Origin: Spirogloea muscicola
Lineage: Eukaryota
Assembly (NCBI GenBank): GCA_009602725.1
Contig: WELB01000020.1
Span: forward strand, 867,385-902,706
Reading direction: 5' to 3'
Length of the DNA stretch: 35,322 bases
Positions within the stretch are counted from its first letter, which is position 1. Each line of letters begins with the position of its first letter. Under the pieces are notes generated by a model that worked only from the letters and a program-made list of their open reading frames with translations, made no database searches and was not told the origin of the DNA. The position numbers were made by a program, and so were the translations under genes. Shown here piece after piece: positions 24,890-35,322 of this stretch.

Positions 24890-27800
24890 ATGCCGCTGCT
24901 GGTAGTGGGCTGCGGTCCCAACGCTCAAGGCCGGCAAAACCGCCTCCTTTCCGCCTCCTTAGAGCTGCCTGGCAAGGGTGCTGGCGGTCAGCAGTCCATG
25001 CAGTGCACCGAAGGTCGCCTTGCCGGGCGCCAGCAAGACCTGCCAGGTGGCGAGGTGCCTTCGATCAGTGCCGGCAGCATGGCGACCGAGGCGGCAGAGG
25101 AGAGGCGGCAGCTAGCTGCAGCAGCGTGGGAGCACCTACCAGGCAACAGCTTAGCAGCTGTCTGCAGCGCCGAGGTGGGGCTCGCTGGGGGCTCAGTCTG
25201 GCAGCGCCCCCTGGCCCTCGCGCTGCGCGCCTCCTGGCTGCTGCTCCACTTTGCGCCGCTACTCCTCGCTGGACCGCTCCTCTACGCACTGTCGCGCTAC
25301 ACTGGGGAGCGCCGCCTGCGGTCCACCATCTGGCAAATGCTCCGCTACGCCCTCGAGCGCTGTGGGGCAGCATTTATCAAATGGGGCCAGGTAACTTTGC
25401 GAAGACCTCACACCCCGCACCCTTCAAATCTGGGGTCCGCGTCCTGGCTCTGGATGTGCTGTTGCAGGCCAGTACTGCTATGATTGCTTTGTTATCTTAT
25501 TATGTAATATTCCATTTGGATAATCTCTATCAACCGCCCTCTCAAAATGAGCGTCACAGAAGAGCGTTGTGAGCAGACAAAGCATGCACTTTGCAACTCT
25601 TGCAGCAGTTGGCCTTCACTCTCACTCTGCATGGACAGCGCGTGTCCATAGTGCCATGAGGTCGGGTACCAATGCGTGTCATTGATATATACAGACAGGC
25701 AGAGGTGGTCATGGATGGGTCATGAGCGTCATGGGTGGGGTTGGATCAGGTTGTGCCATGACCATTTTTACACATGCGTGGCTTTCTTGCAGTGGTCAGC
25801 CACGCGTGAGGATATATTCCCCGAGGATATGTGCCGATGTCTGGGCCGACTGCACGACCGCGCGCCCACGCACTCGTACCGTGAAACGTGCGATGCAGTC
25901 TTTCACCACCTCGGCCGGCCCGTTGAAGACATCTTTGAGCACTTTGACAGCCAGCCTTGCGCGTCGGGGAGCATTGCGCAGGTTCTTGCAACCAATTGGC
26001 AGCTTGTTTGACTGCACTTTCTATACTCTGCCTTGACTGGCCTTGTACCCTGCCCAATGTTTATGATCATTATAGGGGGGACTAGTGCAGCAGCAGGTCC
26101 TTATTGGGCATTCATGCCTTATCAGTGCAGGTGCACCGAGCTACGTTGAAGGCAGCTGAGGGCAGTCACCTTGTTGATGTTGCAGTCAAGGTTCACACTT
26201 GTGCTTTAGTATGCAAAATCTGGTGGAGTTTTTTCTTAATCGTAGATTATGTATGATGTTTGTGCTCACATCACCTTATCGGTGGTGGTATCAGCTTACA
26301 GATTGTTGACCAGCATGCAAGCAGGCTCTTCTATGACTACCTACTACACACATATCAGTAGAAGTACACCTCTTCTCAAAGCACACCCTTCTCATTCCTG
26401 GCAAACCCTTTGTGACGTCAGCCTTGATTCATTTCGCCTCTGACGCAGGTCAGGCACCCAGCAGTGGCCCTCCAGATCTGGCAAGACTTTCAGATCATTG
26501 CTGCGCTCGTGGACTTTGCGCACAGGTTGCCCTACCTGCGCTGGCTCAACCTGCGCCAGAGCGTGGAGCAATTCTCCCACACAATGACGGCCCAGGTCAG
26601 GCGTGCAAGAGCATAAGATGTGCGCAAACCCCATGACCATTTCTGCTCTAGTTGATCATCTGCTGACCAAGTTCTCTAAAGCCTTGCCATTGCATGGGGA
26701 ATACAGATCTTTATGCTGTTGCATTTAGGAGTGAGTGTAACTCAAATGTGATGTTCCACCTTGTTTTGGAGCACATTGAAAGGCTCTTAACGTGCTTGTA
26801 GGCAAATTGGTAAGGCAATTCGAGTAAAGGTGACCATGACGTGACCTGAGTCTGCTGAAGAGATGCTCTGGTCGCGTTGTCAATGGCAGGCTGACCTCCG
26901 TTTTGAGGCACGCAATCTGCTAAGGTTTCATGCCAACTTCCAGGGTCTTCACCAAGTTGCCATCCCCCGCCTGGTTCCTCACCTGGTTGGCTGCAGTCGT
27001 CTACTCAGAAGTGCCTAGGACCTTTGCCCTTGTTCCTGGACAGTGGCTTGGGCTTGATTGCTTGCTGTAGCCAGAAGAAATGCTCTAGCAGTCATTCGGC
27101 ATGCTCAGCGTTGAATAATTGCCTCTTCTATCTATGACGCAGGTCTCGGAGGGTGTAATAGTAGAGTCGTTTGAGAGGGGTGCTCCTCTGCACAAGTTCC
27201 TGCACAGTCACTCCACCCTGAATACTCAGGCATGTATGGCAGAGCAGCTCTTTGCTTCCAAAAGATCTCAAGGGTTTGTGCACATTGCAGCTTCATCAGG
27301 CCATTCCTGAAATGTACTTTGCTGATTGCGGCATCATAGTTAGTGTCAGAATAAGTTACACGGTATGCATAGTGAATCTGACCATGACTAAGAATGAGCC
27401 TAAAGTGCAGCTTGCTGGCCTTTTCATCTCTTGTTGGACAGATTGCAGCCGTGGGCGTTGACACGTATTTGAAGATGATGCTCACGGACAACTTTGTACA
27501 CACAGACCTCCATCCAGGAAATATCCTGGCCCGTATGACAGGTGCAGGTGTGAGTCTTGGCCCACAGGAACATCAAGTAAACAAGCATCTGTTCAGCTCT
27601 TCTTGTGCAAAATACAGCAGATATTTGGTATATGCTAGACTAACATTCACTAAGGAGTTGTATCTTGAGTGCTTATGGATGGGGAGTTGCTCTTAGGTGA
27701 ACATTGGTAGGAGTGCTTGCAGAGTGAGTTCCATCTGCACCTATCATCGGCACCATGTGTGGTGACAGCTGCTAGCAACGTATTGCAGACACTGCAGCGG

Positions 27801-28727
27801 CGTGTGGAGCAGAAGCAGGCCGCCAGGGCAAGCTGCAGCTCGTTCTCCTTGATTTTGGTCTTGCCGAGGAGCTCTCGCCAAGAGTCAGACACCACTTTCT
27901 CTCCTTCATCTCCATGATTGGCCTAGGCAATGGGAGGGCCGCTGTGAACATCTCAACCTTGACTCCTTCTACATAAATCTGTGTGGCTGCTGTAGGAGCT
28001 TCATACTGAAGTATACATGCATCATTTGCAGTATGTATGATCAGGACAAGTGCTAGTCCCTGACATTGTGAGTAGGCCTATCGCTGCACAGAGTAAAATG
28101 CCGACAACTGCTGTTGCATGTGAGTCTTTCCTGCATAAGCAGAATGAAGGCAGCAGGTGTCTTGAGGAGCTCAAGTAACTGTGTTGCTAATGCAGGCACG
28201 CCACCTATTGGCGTTTTCATGGCCCCAGCGGCAGCAATGCCCTAGTCCCAAAGAGCTTGCAGACGACATGGACAATCTGTTCATAAGAAACTGCAACCTT
28301 GCAGTTTCACAGATAGATCTTAACCACATTCTTAAGCAGGTCTGCACGATGAACCTCAACCTGATGTGTCTCAAGCTCGAGATGCATGTATGCCAAGTGA
28401 TGTCACACACCCACAGCTGACTGACCCACAGATTTCTGTCTTGTGCAACATTTGGTCACGTGCTTGATTGGCATTCAGGAAGAAGAAAACTATATAGCCA
28501 TTCTTGTGTTCTAAGGCAAGCAAGCCTGTCCTTTGCAGGTGTTAGGCCTCTGCAGGAAGCACGAGGTGACAATCAATGCAACTTACGCTTCGCTAGTGAT
28601 TGCTGTTTGTGTTCTTGTTGGTTTTGCCAATGCCCTTGACCCCAAGCTCTCCATTATGGATGGGGCTGTACCATGCCTGTTCCTGTACAACCTCACTGGC
28701 AGGGTGATTGGACAAGTATATGGCTGA
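24890..28727 (+). CDS. ABC1/UbiB/ADCK atypical kinase (ADCK2/abkC-like), 10 exons
   Basis: Motifs: CGAAFIKWGQWSATREDIF, ASGSIAQVHRA, VAVKVRHP, DLRFEARNL, NFVHTDLHPGNI, LVLLDFGL. Exons ~24890-25390, 25793-25981, 26131-26190, 26449-26595, 26890-26985, 27143-27229, 27442-27547, 27789-27943, 28196-28339, 28539-28727. Start is tentative. Confidence 0.92.
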
Positions 28728-29126
28728 ATTGGACTGTGACCATTCATTTATATCAGCAGATAAGACTGGGCCGAGGCCACATTAACCCTCCATCACGTCT
28801 TCTGCTGCGCCTGTATCCTCAGGTGTTCCTCTGATCAATCGCAATCTGGGGGAATTGTCTACTTAAAGAAATGATGTGTTCTCTATGCCATGTGACTGGT
28901 TGGTTGTGTTGTTGCCACGTGCATTTCAAGTGTGACACATAATACACCTCAAGGGCACAGGTCATGTAGCACTTGTCGAGGTTCCAAGCCCGATAGCTCT
29001 GGGCGCGATGCTTACGCGCTTGAGATGATTTGGAGTTGCAACTCAGAAGAGTCAAGGTCACAGTGAGGGTGCCTGCTCAGAAATCCCTAGTTGGCAGCCG
29101 CACATTGGAGAATTGAGCAGCACGAC

Positions 29127-29835
29127 AGAAGAAGGCTCATACATATAGGGCGAGGGCTATGAGAAGCCAAGGAAAGGAGAGGAACAGCTCTTTCAATGTA
29201 AGGCAACGGCTGTTTGAGGAATGAGCACTTCCAAAGGGGCCGAGTGCTGTGGCTGTGAGAGGCCCAGCCCAGAAAAGAAGCCAGCCCAAAGAAGAAAGCG
29301 CGGCCAGATTGACTGGTGGCTGAGAAAGGCCAGCCCAAAGGAATGGACAAGGTCTGAAGGAGCCGAAGTGCGAAGGACTAGGACTGAGACATCAGCCAGG
29401 GAACACTCAGTAACCTCTAGTCAGGAGATGCAAGTCTGAGTAGCTAGCCCAAAGGAGTGTACTAGCGACTCAAGTGGCCAAGAAAGAAAAGGAAGACATC
29501 GGCTCTCTCAAAGGGGGCGAGGAGCAAGCGCGGCCAGATTGACCGGTGGCTGGGAGAGGCTAGCCCAGAGGAATGGGCGAGGGCTGTGAACAGCCAGCCA
29601 GGCTGTTCACAGCAGCCAGCCAGGCTGTTCACAGCAGCCAGCCAGCCACGACGAGGCCGAGGGGGCCGAAGACTGAAGGAAGAAGGTGGCTCTCTCAAAC
29701 CGGGCGAGAGCTGTGAACAGCGAGCACCAAAAGGATCGCGAAGGTCCGAAAGAGTCACCCCGCCCAGAGACGGGAGGCGACAGTCAGGGGCACGCCCAGC
29801 ACGAAGACGCAAGGCACGTTGCGAGGCCACGGCAG
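29127..29835 (-). mobile_element. Head-to-tail cluster of 5'-truncated RLE (CRE-like) retrotransposon ends
   Basis: The reverse complement of 29291-29449 aligns to 32618-32777 with about 13 differences in ~160 nt and encodes ASYSDLHLLTRGY*. A second, frameshifted ORF end (AVASQRA-LRLRAGRA..GGGTGACTCTTTC) lies at ~29745-29835. The 3'UTR module GGGCT(G/A)G..CAGCCACC(A/G)GTCAATCTGGCCGCGC is repeated at 29298-29350 and 29528-29580. Confidence 0.8.
29584..29647. repeat. 22-bp tandem repeat with an embedded 12-bp inverted repeat
   Basis: CAGCCAGCCAGGCTGTTCACAG at 29591-29612 and 29613-29634. CTGTGAACAGCC (29584-29595) is the reverse complement of GGCTGTTCACAG (29601-29612). Confidence 0.85.
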
Positions 29836-29954
29836 CCGCCGCTTTTCCAAGCGCCGGCGACGGTGGATGGGGAGGAGGTCGGTTTGAACGTGCCACGGCG
29901 GGGGGCCGCGCTGCGAACACGCCGCCAGGGGGGCCCCCCCGCGACCACGCTGGC

Positions 29955-29986
29955 GCCACGTCGCGCCACCCGCCGCGCCACGTGGG
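29955..29986. promoter_or_regulatory. Pair of ABRE/G-box-like motifs upstream of the 30372-31709 gene
   Basis: GCCACGT (ACGTGGC on the minus strand) at 29955-29961 and 29977-29983; the second includes the G-box CACGTG. Confidence 0.35.
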
Positions 29987-30017
29987 TGAGAGCCGCCACG
30001 GTGGCGGGGCCGGCGCG

Positions 30018-30371
30018 NNNNNNNNNNNNNNNNNNNNNNNNNNNNNNNNNNNNNNNNNNNNNNNNNNNNNNNNNNNNNNNNNNNNNNNNNNNNNNNNNNN
30101 NNNNNNNNNNNNNNNNNNNNNNNNNNNNNNNNNNNNNNNNNNNNNNNNNNNNNNNNNNNNNNNNNNNNNNNNNNNNNNNNNNNNNNNNNNNNNNNNNNNN
30201 NNNNNNNNNNNNNNNNNNNNNNNNNNNNNNNNNNNNNNNNNNNNNNNNNNNNNNNNNNNNNNNNNNNNNNNNNNNNNNNNNNNNNNNNNNNNNNNNNNNN
30301 NNNNNNNNNNNNNNNNNNNNNNNNNNNNNNNNNNNNNNNNNNNNNNNNNNNNNNNNNNNNNNNNNNNNNNN
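30018..30371. other. Assembly gap, probably covering the start of the downstream gene
   Basis: Run of N between GC-rich flanks. Confidence 0.97.
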
Positions 30372-31709
30372 TCGCTGCGCCCGCCGGCCTGGCCGTCCAG
30401 GCGGCCTGGGCGCGCGAGCCCGCCTGCGGCACCAGCGGCCGTGGCACCGGCGCGGCCATGCAGGCCAGCAGGTGAGACGACCGCCGATGTGTCCTGGACG
30501 CCCTCGTTGCCGGCTACAAGGGCATGCACCGCTCGCTCCGTTTATGGACTCGGCTGTAGCTGATGGACGATCTCCATGGCAGACTCGTGTCTCACATCTC
30601 TTGCAGCGCTTCTGTCCTGCCGGAACAGAGTCGGCCATTGTCGGCTGCGGCTGAGACCAACGGTGCCTCACTCCCTGTCAACTGGTGAGCGCTTCTCCCT
30701 GGGTTGCTCTTACTACTCTGCCTCGAGTCTCTGTTACCTTGCACTGGTTTTGCTGGTCGGTGTTGCCCTCTGTAGCAGTCCGTCAGGCTTATGCAAGCCA
30801 CACAGTCGGGCACAGCCTGTTTAGGCTACTATGTCAGGCCGGGCTTGCGAGTTGCGCTGGGGGGAGTCATGCCTAATTCCCTCTGTTTGCTTATTTTTGT
30901 GTCCTGTAGGTGCCCCTGCCAGATTGCGACTGGGTATGAGACCGCACACATGGAGGTTGGAGGAGCGGCTGGCGTCTGCAGGTGGCACCAGCAGGAAAGG
31001 CCAGGCCAGGGCTGGTGCTCTGGTGGCTACGCAGCCGCCCAGGGACCAGGGCAGCAGCTCCAAGCCGTTCGAGTTCTGGATGCAGGATGTGGTGTTTGAT
31101 GTAAGCACGGAGGAGAGTAGCCTTGACACCCTGCAGTGCGTCTGCAGTTTGTGCTGATCAGGATGGCAAGAGGACTCGTTATTCGTGGGTGTGAGAAGGA
31201 GCTGACTTTGCTTTTCATTGGGTGGCTTTGTTGACGTGCAGATTGTCAAGCACGCTCAGGACGCACCTTTCCTGCACTTTGTGTTTGACAACATGCATGG
31301 CAAAGGCAAGCCGCAGCGCCAGCTCGTGGAGCCAGATGTGATCCAGCGGCCAGAGTTGTGGAATACGGTCAAGGACTCTGTGAGGCAGCAGGCGCCGGAC
31401 GGCGTGATTTTCATCCATCGCCTGCAACCCCAGGAGAACATGGATCAGGCGTGCTTCTACGACTGTGATGTGGACCCCATCGCCAATTGCAGTTTTGTGC
31501 CGGACGCCCACCCCGGTGCCTCAGGCGGCTCCACCAACTTGTGGGGCATTGTTGTGCAGCGCAAGAGCAGCCGGCGGCATGCATGCTACATACTCAAGAC
31601 GACCTGTATCGCATCGGCAATGGGCGCTTGCACGCGCTTCAGCCTCACGCGCACCACTTGTGGCGGCCCAGCCCTGCTCAGCCAACTTGAGAGCTCTTGG
31701 CTGGTCTGA
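30372..31709 (+). CDS. Uncharacterised plant-type protein; 5' end lies in the gap
   Basis: Exons <30372-30471, 30910-31100 and 31242-31709 splice in frame (GT-AG). Motifs WMQDVVFDIVKHAQDAPFL, PDGVIFIHRL, WGIVVQ..ACYILKT..CTRFSLTR..QLESSWL resemble a conserved land-plant family of unknown function (recalled, not searched). Confidence 0.8.
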
Positions 31710-32295
31710 GACGGCTCGTCGCCGCACTTCTCCTTCCTCTCCTACATAGTTTCGTGCTTTGTCGGTGGCCTTCTTTCCAACAGCAAACTGCTCTTTGTCC
31801 CTCCCTCCTTCCTTTTTCACATCTTGTAGATGTTAGCAAAGACCCTCAGTGCTCTTACATGCATGAGGCGAGCACTGCCAGTGCCTGCTACTGGCTCTGT
31901 TGACCACTACTGCCAATTTGCAGTATCATTATTTGAGGGAGCAGACGTCTTGTAGACAGTTACTTAAGAAGGACCTGGTTGCCACTGTTGTACTATAATC
32001 AGATTGTGACATAAACATTTAGATTGTTCTCTGAACTTGCAAGGGTCGTGCAGATTGTGATGCTTGTTCATGTGTTTGTGGTGACACATTAATGTGTCAA
32101 CCACTTTCGAGCTTTTCTTTTGACAAACTATATAAGCATATTATCACACAGTGAGATGCATTTGCACATGTACCTGTCGTCTTGGATCTGACCGGACATG
32201 CAAGACGATGCTTCGGTGCCCATTGCTTTTATGTAATTGGTGGACTGTTGGCACTACTAATCAAGCGGAGCATGCACATGCAATCTGTGCAGTCT

Positions 32296-32777
32296 GCCAA
32301 GCGGCGGGCGCAAAGGAATGGAGATACTCGGACCACCCGGTGGGAGACGAGTTTGTTCCACTGCCAGTCGACGTGCGTGGAGCCTTTGGCACGAAATGGC
32401 TTGACTTGCTTCACCGCCTTGCACGGCGTGCAGCGGCCCACCGCCTCGGGCAGCAGGGCGAGCAGCCCGGCTTCACCGTTGCCGCATCCCTCGCTCAAGT
32501 CTTCCGAATGCGTTTGGCCATCTCGATGCAGCGGTCCCTTGCCTTCGCGGTTCACTTACGTGCAGGCCGAGCTTTGGCGGCGGCCTCCGGCTTCCGTCAG
32601 GGTGACGTCTTTCCGCCGGCTAGCTACTCAGTCTTGCATCTCCTGACTAAGGGTTACTGAGCATTCCCTGGCTGATGTCTTAGTTCTAGTCCTTCGTACT
32701 CCGGCTTCTTCAGACCTTGTCCATTCCTTTGGGGCTGGCCTTTCCCAGCCACCAGTCAATCTGGCCGCGCTTCCTTC
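32296..32777 (+). mobile_element. 5'-truncated RLE (CRE-like) non-LTR retrotransposon: endonuclease C-terminal region plus 3'UTR
   Basis: AAGAKEWRYSD..FVPLPVDVRGAFG..LLHRLAR..FRMRLAISMQRSLA matches the K..(K/R)Y..F.P...(E/D)..G..G....L(S/A)...QR signature at the end of CRE-clade ORFs. Stop at 32660. GC content rises abruptly at ~32296. Homologous copies occur elsewhere in the window. Confidence 0.82.
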
Positions 32778-33083
32778 ATCTGTGCAATGTCTGAGGTGCC
32801 CACATTCACAATCTCCTGTATGCTTGATTTGGACATGTAGTGCTTAGAGTGGACCTGGTAAATAGTCCTGAGCTCATACTGCTGGGACATCACGTGCATC
32901 AATAGAAGAAGAAAGGTGCGTGGTGCGCATGAAAATGAAAGGGAGGCCAATCCAGCCTTACAAAAGCAATGGGGCAACAAGCTAAGGGGGACACTACATC
33001 CACAAGCTATACAAGTGTGTGATAGGTGTGTGGTGTCTGTGGGATGCAGAAGGCGAGAGGGCAAGCCGAGCCAACAGTACCTA

Positions 33084-34354
33084 TCAAGACAATGAACTGC
33101 CTCCTTTGCCTTGTGCCGTTCTCTTCGGCAGCAGGACACCGTGGATGTTCGGCTGGACATGCACCACAACTTGAGTTTTAGGGTTGAAGCCACCCATGTA
33201 AATGCATGGAGGTACACGACCATGATGAAACTCTGTATTGCCACCTCAGTGACCACAACTGGAGTGCTTACTACAGGTTCTGGCTGCTTGTGCATAGAGT
33301 TCCTTAGACCAGGGAGCGGGAGTACCAGAACACCACCAGCTGCAATTGTTGTTTGGCCGAGGAGCTTGCTTAATTCCTCGTCATTGCGAATTGCTAGCTG
33401 AATGTGGCGTGGCACAATTCTCGTCTTCTTGTTATCTCTTGCTGCATTGCCTGCGAGCTCCAGGACTTCAGCTGCTAGGTATTCCATGACTGCAAAGTTC
33501 ATGAGATCCAGATAAGAGTGGTATGATATTCGATGGGCTTAAATCAAGCTACCGTCATAAGCATGTGCTAGAGGCAGAACCAAGGCGTAATGGCAACCCG
33601 AACCTCTGGGAGACCACTTTCAGAAGCCGCATCACCTGCTGCAAGGTAGACCGGTGCTCCGGCTCCCAGACGAGCAGCATACTTGCCGGATTTCAGGTAC
33701 CCTCGGATTTGCACACAGCACTATATTGGAGCACTTTCACCTAAGGTTGCAGTGTATACTGCAACACCAACTTGATGAAGCCATGAGCTAGCAGAGAAGA
33801 AAACATGCAAATCTGTTGAATCTGAGATACGGGCCAAAGTCAGGTGGTTGACTACATCAATGAAGCATGACACCCGATGTGCAATAACATGTCCCCACCC
33901 GTACTTGAGCGGCTGTAACTGCTGCATCTAAGCACGTACTCGACCTTGGCCTTACCGAAGCTGATGAGACAGCACAGAATCTGGTAAAAGTCACTGCAAC
34001 TTGCCAGCTTAAGTTGCTCCAACAGCACCTGATGAGTTGCACTCTGCGTAGCTGACTGCAAAGTAGAGGAGCAGGTTCATGTATTTGCAATTCTATGGTT
34101 CACCTTGCGACTCTACCAACGGGGAACTGTAGCCCTGCTTTGTGAGAGCGCGAGCCACCCTTGCTGGGTTTCTGCTTGCCTCTGCCTCCACCTGATCAAG
34201 CAGGATGTGAGCATTGGTCACTAGTGAGGGCTGTGCATTAGGGGCTTGAGTTGCTCAGCCTATCTCACATTTTTTGACATTCCGAAAGCTGTTCTGTCCC
34301 TTAGAGGCTCCAAGTTGCAGCTGTAGACTCACTTGCAGCTGGTCGAGGCCCCAT
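33084..34354 (-). CDS. H2A: Histone H2A, 5 coding exons, 135 aa
   Basis: Exons 34354-34333, 34191-34104, 33700-33636, 33489-33326, 33152-33084 (408 nt, all GT-AG) give [135 protein letters not shown]. The first micro-exon is the least certain. Confidence 0.95.
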
Positions 34355-35087
34355 GCGGCAACTGATCCAAGACTAGGTAGGCTGAACGATAGAGAGCACA
34401 ATTTCACAGTGCTGCACAAGGCATGAAATACGCTCTTCTGAAACAGGCCACATGCAGGTGCAGCAAAAGCTGCTTTGCTGCACTGGGGCCACTGAATGGT
34501 AGGTGCAGTACAACCAGCCACAGCCATCTTCTCTTGATGTTGGACTGGAAGCGCCACACCAATACTCAGCAGATGACAACGCTCTGTTGACTGTGGCCTC
34601 TCTACAGGAGGCTCCCATCATCGTGCCTGGTCAGTCCCTTTCCAAAGGTCGTGTCAGCTAGGACATGGAGCGCGTCGTGTCGCACGTCGATAACTGCAGA
34701 GCAAGTGCTGAGACTCACAGGAAGGAGGAGGCGCTGAAGCGGCGCCCGGGCCAGTCGACAAGGTAGCCGCTGACGGCCAGCCCCTTGCTTCCTTCAAGCC
34801 GCCGCCTGAGACGCCCGCCGCCGCGTCGCGACGCTGGAAGGCGAGGCCTTGCCGCGCCTCGGCCGCCGCTCCGCCAGGACGGCCGCACACGGCCGATTCG
34901 GGGCGGCCGTGGCTCCCGCGCGGCCATGAGCTCCACGGCGGGGCGGGTCAGTCGCGGGGGGCCGCCATGCAGTGCATGGAATGACGAACGTTCCCGATGG
35001 GCCCGTCGCCCCTTCATGTGAAGTCGATCATCTGGACTGGATGAGCCCCACGCGGCTGACCTTTGTCCCGATCTTAGTTGCATCTGC

Positions 35088-35322
35088 ATGACGCCCTTCA
35101 CGCCCTTTCGTCGCACCCTGGACATTGTGGGTGTACAACCTGGCGGAGGCCCACGAGCTTTGGTTGATGTGGTGGTGACTGAGGCATACAAGAGTTCCGC
35201 TTCCACACACATTGCTGGCCACGCAGTGGGAGGTGCTGAGCAGAAAAAGCTCCGACACTACTCAGACTACCCCCGCAGTGACCACCTCCTCCCGGCCGCA
35301 ATCGACACTTTCGGCTGCTTGG
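35088..35322 (+). mobile_element. RLE endonuclease core of another CRE-like element, continuing past the window end
   Basis: Open frame absent from the ORF track: MTPFTPFRRTLDIVGVQPGGGPRALVDVVVTEA..AGHAVGGAEQKKLRHYSDYPRSDHLLPAAIDTFGCL. It has the R..D / DV.V / K...Y pattern of RLE nucleases and overlaps the 32296 copy in homology (KEWRYSDHPVGDEFVPLPVDVRGAFG). Confidence 0.78.

Noticed and set aside
29462..30671. ORFs of 230-355 aa spanning the 30-kb gap
   Set aside because: They cross 354 N bases; only the short TE remnant and the post-gap exon are supported.
32151..32295. Cys-rich start of the 32151 ORF as the element's zinc finger
   Set aside because: It lies in lower-GC intergenic DNA and does not match the catalytic segment that precedes the K...Y motif in the 35088 copy; probably a chance open frame upstream of the truncation point.
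32756..33502. 248-aa ORF suggesting an H2A with a long C-terminal extension (macroH2A-like)
   Set aside because: Read-through of the intron at 33325-33153; splicing restores [10 protein letters not shown] and a stop at 33084.
34715..34927. Arg-rich ORF (MAAREPRPPRIG..) as an N-terminal extension of H2A or a separate gene
   Set aside because: It stops whether spliced to the next acceptor or unspliced, and its composition follows the GC bias; at most a uORF.

Overview
Eukaryotic, intron-rich nuclear DNA. The plant-type gene content, (GGC)n-rich GC-high first exons and an MMAA gene point to a streptophyte green alga (inference). Genes rebuilt by eye from splice sites: MMAA/MeaB GTPase (+, 544-3064), DNA topoisomerase II (-, 3382-13185), an LPE1-like P-class PPR protein (+, 13908-17688), a DUF707-family protein (-, 18118-~21961), an ATG6/Beclin-1 N-terminal fragment running into an unrecognised spliced ORF (+, 22612-24511), an ABC1/ADCK atypical kinase (+, 24890-28727), an uncharacterised plant-type protein (+, 30372-31709) and a 4-intron histone H2A (-, 33084-34354). 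The main unexplained structure is a family of restriction-like-endonuclease (RLE, CRE-like) non-LTR retrotransposon fragments at four intergenic loci (1-517, 29127-29835, 32296-32777, 35088-end). They are 5'-truncated and partly head-to-tail. The three loci that include the 3' end share an ORF C-terminus (..ASGFR..S.L..LT.GY*), a conserved 3'UTR stem-loop and TTC-rich tails. At least five GC-AG introns are present. Three assembly gaps and a polyA/polyT artefact make 21.9-23.4 kb unreliable.
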